The notes under the pieces were generated by a model. The model searched no databases. It was given only the letters and a program-made list of their open reading frames with translations, and had not been told where the DNA came from. The position numbers and the translations under genes were made by a program. Below, piece by piece: positions 26,290 through 35,975 of a stretch of DNA of 64,000 nucleotides. Origin of the DNA: Anthoceros angustus (taxonomy: Eukaryota; Plantae; Anthocerotophyta); the NCBI GenBank assembly GCA_010909165.1, contig VJWM01000019.1:62001-126000 (forward strand). Reading direction: 5' to 3'. Position 1 is the stretch's first letter, and the number at the start of each line of letters is the position of its first letter.

Positions 26290-27318
26290 CGAGCGTGAGC
26301 CTCGCGCAATGCGCTATCCCGCAACCGCAACCGCACCAGATGGCCCGCAAGTGTGAGATTTTGTGTGAAGTGCAGCAGAATTCGCTGCATCGCAGAATTG
26401 AGTGGCGGATGACTCCAAAACAGAAGAAAAAATTGTTGATTGCTTAGAGCGGTGCATATGAATGCCATTGCCATCGATCTCGGTGTTTGCAAGAGGATTT
26501 GTGCAACGCATTTCCCTTCCACTGCAGTCGAGACAATCCATCATCCCCTGCTTGCACGCGTCCCAGTGTGATCAAATAAAGTTCGTTCTTTTGCATTCAC
26601 CCGCTGCGTCTCTTGAAAAATTCAACAACTGGCAGGAAAGCGCAGATCGGCGGCAGGCAACATCCGCATTTGCAACTCGGCTGTTGTTGCAACGTTGCCA
26701 TGCATTACAAGGGAATGCGATTGCAAGGAATGCAATTCTCGTGACCCGCGGAACTCGCCAACTCTCTGACCAAACGGAACGGCCAATTTCTCTCAATCAA
26801 CTGGACTGTAGTGGACACAAGCGTACGACGGCCAGCACGTGGCGGCCACGCTCGTCCCCATGGCGCTAGTCTTACGACAGCACATGCCTGATTGCTTTTC
26901 AGAACAGTAACGCGTCCCGGAAAATGGCTAATGGAGGAGGAAAAGAAAATACGTCGGCTTGTCTTCGCCGGTGTGGCATCTCGGTCGCTGGCCCGCTGAG
27001 ATACAGTACCTACGCACCTTGTCCCGGTTGCACTCACGATTATGCTCTGATCGATTCCTCCCGCAATTCGCTTCACCGAGAAGGCCAAGTCCCGCCCAGT
27101 TTGGCACTGCGTCTCTGCTGCTGCGTGGAAAGAAGGAAACTTGGGTGCTGGGGGCGGCGGCAATGACAATGGTAGAGCTCATCAAAGATCGAAGTGCAAA
27201 CCCTGAATCCCACCTCCTAGAAAATGGACACTTACCAGCAAATTGGGAAGACAAGTGACGAGAATAATTAATAAAACTTTATATAGGTATTATCAAGAAA
27301 TACATAATTATAATGCTA

Positions 27319-28364
27319 TCATTTGAATTGAACATTCGTCCTAAACGACTGCCCAAAGCTCCAGTTCGGTGGTGCAACATTATTTGCAATGACTCTTTCT
27401 CCATCTTTTGTTGTCACTTGAAAACTTAAACTTTGACCCACTAGCATTTCCTTGCTTTGCCAATTTTGTCCCCAATTGCGGGTCATGGGCAACCACCCTG
27501 TTTTTGAACCCTTCACCGATACGGCAGAGACCACTCCATTTCCACCAACATTGTATACAAGAACTAAGTTAAACCACGAATTGCCAGTTATCACAAAACC
27601 CAATCCTCCTTGTCTTGCACAACGGACCCTGTTGATAAGAATAAGACTTGACTTGTTAATGAAAACATTGAATCATTAGATTAAAAGCACATAAAACAAC
27701 CCAAACACATGCACACGTACCTTCTATACTGGACTGGTACAATGCCCGCATGCCAATCCGCAATTTTACGGAAAGCTGGCTCAGCCATATCAAAATGCTC
27801 TAGGGGAGGGTTGCACCAACCTCCATTGTCGCTCGGCTTATTGGACGGTGGGCAAAAGTTTGTACCAGTAATAATTGTGGAAGGATTACCCTTGTTGCAA
27901 GCATCTTCTCCCCAAAGTGTTTTGCCCCAACAACGAATTTCAAAACAAGCACCACAAGTTGACCCATTGAGAAACAAAGTTGTACTCAAAGCAGCGTTTT
28001 GTGTGCCATAAACTTTGCCGAACGTTTTACCGTACCCACAAGCACTTCCTGCAGTATAGTAAACCATAAATAAATTTCAGGATAATATATATATATATAT
28101 ATAATAATTTATGAATAGAAAAAAACTTAGCATACTAAAGTCTTCAAATAGCGAGTTTGTTAAGTGTTTGATTTAAAACAAACTACATAGTTAAGTACCT
28201 TCCGTGCCGCTTCCATCATATTCTCCATAAAACGTCGCATGAGCCTTCTTCCAACCACTGTGACCATCCTTTCCTCCAGTAGCTTTCTGCATACCATCAT
28301 GTGGTCCATGTGCACATGCTAGTGAAAGCCATGCGAAAATAAAAAGAGCAAGAATAGTCATCAT
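27319..28364 (-). CDS. EXPA: Alpha-expansin (copy 1); exons 28364-28199, 28048-27721, 27628-27319
   Basis: Signal peptide, WKKAHATFYG, SACGYG, AALSTTLFLNGSTCGACFEIRC, TNFCPP, GGWCNPPLEHFD, GIVPVQYRRVRC, WLPMTRNWGQNWQ, WSFGQ. Typical two-intron EXPA layout. Confidence 0.95.
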
Positions 28365-28949
28365 GAAATTCCCCCACAATCTGAAAGACAAATTGCACAT
28401 CATTAGTCTTCACATGTTGAGATATATGACAAAAATACTCATAAGTCTTAGCAATACAACAAGTTCTAAGAAATCCACATGCTCTTAGCATGACCAATAA
28501 AAATAAAAAGAAGAACAAGTTACCACAAGAGAAAGGAGCTTCTTGAAAACTCTAGCACATGTGCAAATAGATAAAATTTGAGGATACCAAACAGTGTAGT
28601 TCTAGCTACATATATACTAATTGTGTTGGATATATATCGATCATCTTTCCTTTGGGCTTTATTTTTTCCGTTGAAGTATGTTGATTATTCATTCTTTCAT
28701 ATATCTACTTTTTTTACTATCAGTGTATTTAATTTTTAAATATAACATTCTTATTCTAATGATAAAAATAAATAAATAAATATTAATTTGAAGATAAAAT
28801 CAAGCCCATTTTTTCATCTAAAGCAAAACACCTAAGATAACAAAAAGTATACAATTATAGAACACCATTTAGCATCCAAGACATCTTACCCATGTTCATA
28901 TTGCACACATTGGTTTCATTTCAAGAAATCTTCATTCACATATATATGT

Positions 28950-29300
28950 GCGTAGCTTGTTTGTAGAGTGGCATGACGCACCTTCTACCAAGCTTTTTGA
29001 AAAGAACACAACGAGGGCTCTAATCCTTGTACATGCTTCTCAAGTATCGACAAATACACTCAACATGGTTGGGAATGCAAGCAGTGCTATTGAATAAGCT
29101 AAGATCGCACATGAAATAGTCAGCAAGTATATACCCACGTGAAGTTGACTTAAGGTATGAGAGATTGGATCATGTAGTCCACTGGAAGCAATCCTCACTC
29201 ACAGAGGTATGTATGACTTAGAAGGTACTACCAAATGCTTCTTCCTATGTTGTATGGGGTACGATGGTTTCCCAAGTGCGAGACTTGCGACACGTAATAA
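28950..29300. pseudogene. PPR-derived fragment related to the pseudogene at about 31900-32650, with one block inverted
   Basis: 29021-29185 matches 32431-32576 in direct orientation; 28952-29015 matches the reverse complement of about 32580-32645. Confidence 0.65.
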
Positions 29301-29386
29301 ACAAGTTGCTTGTATCGTCAATTAAACTGGACAATAAAAATGATTTTTTTAAAAATTCATTAAAAAATACACAATATTATGACGCA

Positions 29387-30756
29387 TCATTTGAATTGAA
29401 CATCTGTGCTAAAAGACTGCCCAAAGCTCCAATTTGGTGGTGCAACATTATTTGCAATGATAGTTTGTCCATCTTGTGTTGTCACTTGAAAACTTAGACT
29501 TTGACCAATTAATTTTTCATTGCTTTGCCAATTTTGACCCCAATTCCGGGTCATAGGCAACCAGTTTGTATTTGTACCTTTTACCGACATAGCAGTTACC
29601 ACTCCATTTCCGCCGACATTGTAAACAAGGACCAAATTAAACCACGGATTGCCAGTGATCACAAATCCCAATCCTCCTTGTCTTGCACAAGGGACCCTGT
29701 TAATAAGAAAAGGACAGAATCTATTAATGAAAACGTTGAATCAATGAATTAAAGGCATATAAGATGAGCCAGAACAAATGTGTACATACCTTTTATATCG
29801 AATCTGCACGATGCGATGCCAATCCGCAATTTTTCGGAAAGCCGGCTCAGCCATATCAAAGTGCTTTAGTGGAGGGTTGCACCAACCTCCAGAATCACTC
29901 GGCTTGTTGGATGGTGGGCAAAAGTTTGTACCGAATAATTGTGGATTCCCTTGTTGCAAGCATCTTCTCCCATAGTGTTTTGCCCCAACAACGGATTTGA
30001 AACAAGCGCCACAAGTTGCCCCATAATCAAACAAAGTTGTACTCAAAGCGTTGAATCAATGAATTAAAGGCATATAAGATGAGCCAGAACAAATGTGTAC
30101 ATACCTTTTATACTGAACGGGTACGATGCCAGCATGCCAATCCGCAATTTTTCGGAAAGCCGGCTCAGCCATATCAAAGTGCTTTAGTGGAGGGTTGCAC
30201 CAACCTCCAGAATCACTCGGCTTGTTGGATGGTGGGCAAAAGTTTGTACCAGTAATAATTGTGGACGGATTCCCCTTGTTGCAAGCATCTTCTCCCCATA
30301 GTGTTTTGCCCCAACAACGGATTTCGAAACAAGCGCCACAAGTTGCCCCATAATCAAACAAAGCTGTACTCAAAGCAGCAGTTTGTGTACCATAGACGTT
30401 GCTATATTTTTGACCGTAGCCACAAGCACTCCCTATAAAATAGCAAACCATAAATAACTTTAAGAAGATCACATGTAAATATAAATATTACAAAAAAAAT
30501 AAAAAATATGTTAGCCACATATAATCATAAATAGAAAATTATGAACACTGATTTAAAACAACATACACAATTAAGTACCTTCTGTGCCGCTTCCATCAAA
30601 TTCTCCATAAAATGTTGCATGAGCGGCCTTCCAACCATGGTGATCACCCTTTCCTCGGACAGGTCTATTTACACCATCATGTGAACCATGTGCACATGCC
30701 AATGAAGTCCATGCGAAGATGAAAAGAGCAAAAATAGCCATCATGAACTGCCCCAT
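29387..30756 (-). CDS. EXPA: Alpha-expansin (copy 2); exons 30756-30579, 30432-30105, 29696-29387; carries an extra corrupted copy of exon 2 at about 29735-30050
   Basis: Same motifs as copy 1 (AHATFYG, CGACFEIRC, HFD, NWGQNW) with identical intron positions. Confidence 0.93.
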
Positions 30757-31686
30757 AGTCTAAAAGGCAATACACGTCATTAGCCTTCACACTCCAAGAC
30801 GTATGACAAAGGTAACAAATAAGTTTTACTCAAGCTGTTACAACAAACAATATGAAAGAAAATCAATTTCTACTGCATTTTACACAAAGAGACTACCTTT
30901 CTGAAGATTTTATATTGCACTTCAATGAAATATATCAAACACCTACACCTCTAACTACATATATAGTTTATGATGTTGATGTATCTCGATAAGCTTGATA
31001 CATCTCGATCACACATCTAAGACAATAAAGAATTTATGATTATGGAACTCCACTTAACATGCAAAGGTCAATATCATAATACCCGATAGATTTCTAACAT
31101 GCACATTGACATGATACAGTCAAATATTTCGTTGTTGTCAAGATAGCTATTTTAGACATATCAAATATATGGATAAATAACATAGTACATTCGATATCCG
31201 CAGTTTAAATGTCCTTGGGGCAGATTCTTTTTGGGATAGGGAGCCGTCCCGTGAAAGTGGAATACAATGGAAAAGGAAATGGAAAACTCCGCAACTAGAC
31301 ACCCTTGGTAGTGGGAAATGGAGTGGAGGACTCCAAAGACTCCACTTCCTGAACAAAGAGAAAACTCCATCAGTCGGCAGATCCAAATTGAGATGGAGAA
31401 CTTTTTGGTTTTACTACGAGAAATAAAATAGAATAAAAAAATAAAATTCCACAATTCGATGTGTTAAGCAGATTGCTTGTGGGATAGTGGTTATCCTCTT
31501 TATAAGAAATAGTATAAATTGAAAAGAAGGTGCTAAACTTTCTTTTGGCAGGATGGATCTCGAGATAGGAATGATAAAATAAAATATATTTTGAAGTTTA
31601 GGTTTTAGGACTTAAGGTTTCGTGAACTAGTACATAGTCCGCTACACGTAGTGGTGATATAAGGTTACCTAATACTGAACTTTTTT

Positions 31687-31770
31687 TAGGAAAAACTATG
31701 CAGTCAGAGTGGTTATAGGAAAAACTATGCAGTCAGAGTGGTTATAGGAAAAACTATGCAGTCAGAGTGG
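31687..31770. repeat. 29-bp tandem repeat, about 3 copies
   Basis: TAGGAAAAACTATGCAGTCAGAGTGGTTA repeated about three times with no spacers. Confidence 0.95.
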
Positions 31771-31899
31771 CTCATGTCAGCGACTCATGTCATCTCAGCT
31801 ACCACCATGGCTTGTGGACATGGGCACACGCTGCAGCCTCTTATCGAGAGAACTTGAATGAATGTTGGTCCGAAAGATTTGAGGGCACTATTAGGTTAT

Positions 31900-32650
31900 C
31901 CGTATAATGCGTAGCTTGCAAATACATTGTCCACTATCCATATACTAAATCTGCTATTTGCTTTTTGTCAAATACCTTCCGTGCAACCTCAAGAGTCCCA
32001 CATGATAAGTACATTGCCCACACTCACATAAGACCAAATCCGCGTTTAACAACCTAAGCATGAATATGCTTGCCGCAGCTGTTGTAGCTATATGTTGGAC
32101 GATGGTTGAAGGATAGAGATGATGAATTACATTGTTAGGATAGAACCTACGGTGGCATTTGAAAAATTGAAGGGCATCTTCAGAATCTTTATTCTGAGCA
32201 CAGTCTTTCAAGATTCAACTCCATGAGACTAAGACTTAGAAACCGTATGTAAAAAGCCACACGTGCATTCTCCAGGTGCCTAGATAGTAAGAGATCCTGT
32301 TGTGATTAAGCTGGCCATGTTTCGGCGCTGCTCGAGGTTGGTACAGGCTTCTAAGATGCTCACAAATGTAGACATGTCTGGGCTCGTCTTGCTCATGTTC
32401 ATGCTGCACACATCCGCTTCGCAGGCTCTGACCCTTGTACATGCTTCTCGGTCATCGACAAATGTGACCATGTTGGCAAGCAAGCGGTGCTGTTGAATCT
32501 GCTAAGAACGCACCTGAGCATATACCCAAACGAAGGTGACTTGAGGTATGATGGACTGAATGATGTAGTCCAATGGGGGCCTTTGCGTTTCTTTCCAAAA
32601 AGCTTGGTAGAAGGTGCGCCATATCAGTCTACAAACAAGCTATGTAGCAA
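31900..32650 (-). pseudogene. Degenerate PPR pseudogene, head-to-head with the intact PPR gene
   Basis: PDMSTFVSILEACTNLEQ (L-type PPR motif) and CAQNKDSEDALQFFK (P-type) remnants with frameshifts. Confidence 0.7.
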
Positions 32651-32828
32651 TGTGAGTGACGTTTCCTAATTTTCCTTCTGTTGTTTTCTGATGCGAGGTG
32701 GTCCGTTTCTGAGTTCGATGCCTACCCACTTTCTTCTGTACGCGGCTTAGGCGAAGGGCTGTATTGCAGGAAACGAGTGGATGGCTTGACTGTTGCTTCC
32801 ATAGGCTCAGCTCGTGCACGTACAAGCC

Positions 32829-35822
32829 ATGGCTGTCTGGAGTGGGGCGATTGAGTCACTCAAAGGGCAACAGGAGCCGTTGGGGGGACAGATTTCGTGG
32901 ACCCAACAGACTGCTGGCTTTACTATTGTTCTAGGAAGAGGATCCGCTCGCCTGACTTCAAGGACGCAAGCGTTGGCAAACAGCGAAGTCGCCAAGTGCA
33001 GCACTAGTGCCAGAAAGACTTCCTCCAGCGAGGGCAGGCCTGCAGGATACGACAAAGGGTTAACTGCTGAAACCGTGAGCAAGCTATGTGAACAGGGTCA
33101 TCTCAGTGAGGCTGTTGAGGCATTGGGAGTTCTGCTGCAGACAGAGGGGTCCATTTCCAAATCCCTCCTTTACACTGTCCTGAATAAATGTGTAGTGAAG
33201 AAGGATCTGGTTCTGGGTCGCCGGGTCCATGCTGTGACGGTGAAAAAGGGGTACCAGTCAGATACGTTCCTGGGCTTCCACATCCTGCGGATGTATGCAT
33301 CTCATGGCAGGTTGCAAGACGCGATGGATGTGTTTCAAGTGATTGCCAAACCAGATGCGTTTACTTGGTCTGCTATCATATCTGCGCATATCAAACATGG
33401 ACAAGACCGAGATGCCATACGACTGTATCATCGGATGTGCAGGTCGAAGGTGAAACCAGACGGCCATGTATTTGTGGCAGCCCTTCAAGCTTGTGCTAGG
33501 GGCTTAGACTTGAAAACAGGGCAGCAAGTGCATGCTAATGTATTGGCCAGTGGCGTTGAGCCTGATTTGTTTGTTTGTAATAGCTTGGTGAACATGTACG
33601 CCAAATGTGGCAGCTTGGAAGACGCTCAGAGGGTGTTTGACGGACTTGAGCGAAAAGATGCTGTGACGTGGAATGCCATGATAGCTGGGTATTCCCAGCA
33701 GGGCATGGGGCAGGCAGCTCTTTCTCTCTACAGTGCTATGCAAGGAGAAGGTAGCGCTGTGCCTGATTCTGTGACGTTTGTGTGCCTCCTACAGGCATGT
33801 GCAAGGGTTGGTACCCCAGCGTTAGAGAAGGGAAGACAGCTTCATGCGCAGATCAAAAAACAAGGATGTCAAGCTGATGTGTTTGTGGGTGGCAGTTTGG
33901 TGAACATGTATGCAAAGTGTGGCAGCTTGGACGATGCCCAAAAAGTGTTTGATGGACTCGATCAAAAAGGGGTGGTGACATGGACTGCTCTAATTGCAGG
34001 GTATTCCCAGCAGGGCATGGGCAAGGAAGCGCTTAGTCTTTACAAGGTTATGCAAGAAGAGGGCATCGCTGTACCCAATTCTGTGACATTTGCCTGCCTC
34101 CTGCAGGCATGTGCGAATGTTGGCATCCCGTCTATGGAGACAGGGAAGCAACTTCATTCTCAAATAAGAGAACATGGACATGAAGCTGATGCGTTTGTTG
34201 CCAGCAGTTTGGTGAACATGTATGCAAAGTGTGGCAGCATGGAAGATGCTCAGAGAGTGTTCGACGGACTTTGTCAAAAAGAGGTGGTGACATGGACTGC
34301 ACTAATATCGGGTTACTCCCAACAGGGCATGGGGCAGGAAGCCCTCCGTCTCTACGGTGCCATGCAGCAAGAGGGCATCGCTGTACCCAACTCCGTGACA
34401 TTTGCGTGCCTCCTGCAGGCATGTGCACATGTGGGCACCCCAGCGTTGGAGCTAGGGAAGCAGCTGCATACGCAGATTAGAGAACAAGGACATCAAGCTG
34501 ATGTGTTCGTTGGGAGTAGTTTGGTGAACATGTATGCTAAGTGTGGCTGCTTGAAAGATGCTCAGATGGTGTTTGACGGGCTTGATCAAAAGGATGTGGT
34601 CACGTGGAACACCTTGATAGCAGGGTATTCCCAGCAGGGCATGGGGCAGGAAGCTCTGTGTCTTTACAGTGTTATGCTAGAAGACGGTACATCTGAACCC
34701 AATTCCGGGACATTTGTGTGCCTTCTGCAGGCATGTGCAAGTATAGGCACCGATGCTTTGGAGGAAGGGAGGCAGATTCATAAGCAGCTTAGGGAGCAAG
34801 GACACGAATCTGATGTGTTTATAGGCAGCAGTTTGGTGAACATGTATGCAAAGTGTGGCAGCTTGGAAGATGCTCAGAGTGCGTTTGATAGGATTGGTCA
34901 AAAGGATATTGTGACCTGGAACGCCATGATAGCAGGGTATTCCCAGCAGGGCATGGGGCAGGAAGCCCTTGGCCTGTACACAACTATGCAGAAAGAAGGC
35001 AGCACAGTACCGAATTCTGTGACATTCGTATCCCTCATTCAGGCATGTGCGAATGTGGCAGCTTTGAATCTGGGAAGGCAATTACACGCACAGATTGTTG
35101 AACATGGACTTCAAGCGGATGTGTTTCTGGCCCACAGTCTGATAACCATGTACGGAAAGTCTGGGAGCATGGTTGATGCACAGCAAGTGTTCGACGCGTT
35201 AGCGGTAAGAGATGTTGTAGCCTGGAATGCACTGATTGCAGGCTATACCTGTCAAGGAGACAGTGATTCTGTGTTTGACTTGGTCGAAAGAATGAGAGAG
35301 GATGGTATACAGCCAGTTGGCATCACATTCGTTAGTATACTAACAGCGTGCAGTCATGCTGGCCTCTTGAACAAGGGGCGAGAGTACTTTGAGGGTATGA
35401 GCAGACATTATGACATCACTCCCACCGCAGACCACCTCACATGCATGGTGGACATCCTGGGTCGTGCAGGAGAGCTGGATGAGGCATTAGATTTGATAAA
35501 GACAATGCCTGGGCTGCGCGATGGCGCAGTTTGGAGTACTCTGCTGGGTGCTTGCAGTAAGTGGAACAATGTGGATGTGGGACGTCACGCATTCGATGAA
35601 GCAGTGAAGCTGGACAACAAAGATGCCGCAGCATATGTGTTGATGTCGAACATCTATGCTGGTGCGCAAATGTGGGAACAGGCAGTGGAGATGCAGAACA
35701 TTAGAAAAACACTGGGGGCATGGAAGCAGCCGGGTCAGAGCTGGTGGACAGACATTGACGGACGGGTGCATAGTTTTCTGGTTGTTAGTAAGAAGCATAC
35801 CGGGACTGAAGCAGGGCCGTAA
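32829..35822 (+). CDS. PLS-class PPR protein (organellar RNA-editing factor): L-S, (P-L-S)x6, P2-L2-S2, E1, E2 and a WW-type PG box; DYW deaminase truncated
   Basis: Intronless ORF of about 997 aa from ATG 32829. Repeated triplets VTWNAMIAGYSQQG / VTFVCLLQACA / SLVNMYAKCGSLEDA. E motifs AVWSTLLGAC and AAYVLMSNIY. Ends KQPGQSWWTDIDGRVHSFLV...*. Confidence 0.95.
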   Translation: MAVWSGAIESLKGQQEPLGGQISWTQQTAGFTIVLGRGSARLTSRTQALANSEVAKCSTSARKTSSSEGRPAGYDKGLTAETVSKLCEQGHLSEAVEALGVLLQTEGSISKSLLYTVLNKCVVKKDLVLGRRVHAVTVKKGYQSDTFLGFHILRMYASHGRLQDAMDVFQVIAKPDAFTWSAIISAHIKHGQDRDAIRLYHRMCRSKVKPDGHVFVAALQACARGLDLKTGQQVHANVLASGVEPDLFVCNSLVNMYAKCGSLEDAQRVFDGLERKDAVTWNAMIAGYSQQGMGQAALSLYSAMQGEGSAVPDSVTFVCLLQACARVGTPALEKGRQLHAQIKKQGCQADVFVGGSLVNMYAKCGSLDDAQKVFDGLDQKGVVTWTALIAGYSQQGMGKEALSLYKVMQEEGIAVPNSVTFACLLQACANVGIPSMETGKQLHSQIREHGHEADAFVASSLVNMYAKCGSMEDAQRVFDGLCQKEVVTWTALISGYSQQGMGQEALRLYGAMQQEGIAVPNSVTFACLLQACAHVGTPALELGKQLHTQIREQGHQADVFVGSSLVNMYAKCGCLKDAQMVFDGLDQKDVVTWNTLIAGYSQQGMGQEALCLYSVMLEDGTSEPNSGTFVCLLQACASIGTDALEEGRQIHKQLREQGHESDVFIGSSLVNMYAKCGSLEDAQSAFDRIGQKDIVTWNAMIAGYSQQGMGQEALGLYTTMQKEGSTVPNSVTFVSLIQACANVAALNLGRQLHAQIVEHGLQADVFLAHSLITMYGKSGSMVDAQQVFDALAVRDVVAWNALIAGYTCQGDSDSVFDLVERMREDGIQPVGITFVSILTACSHAGLLNKGREYFEGMSRHYDITPTADHLTCMVDILGRAGELDEALDLIKTMPGLRDGAVWSTLLGACSKWNNVDVGRHAFDEAVKLDNKDAAAYVLMSNIYAGAQMWEQAVEMQNIRKTLGAWKQPGQSWWTDIDGRVHSFLVVSKKHTGTEAGP

Positions 35823-35975
35823 GGATCCTTTTTGAAAAATGAAAGTAGAACCACATGTGCTACCAGTACGTGGTCACGAATGATGATGTCTTCCTGCACA
35901 TTCACGAGCTAGAGGTGGGGTTTCTGAAGATCAGTAAAGAAGAAAGGGTTTGCCGGAATTATGGCTATCAAGAGT

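Noticed and set aside
31687-31770. 29-bp repeat as a possible CRISPR array
   Set aside because: The units are contiguous with no spacers, and the context is eukaryotic.
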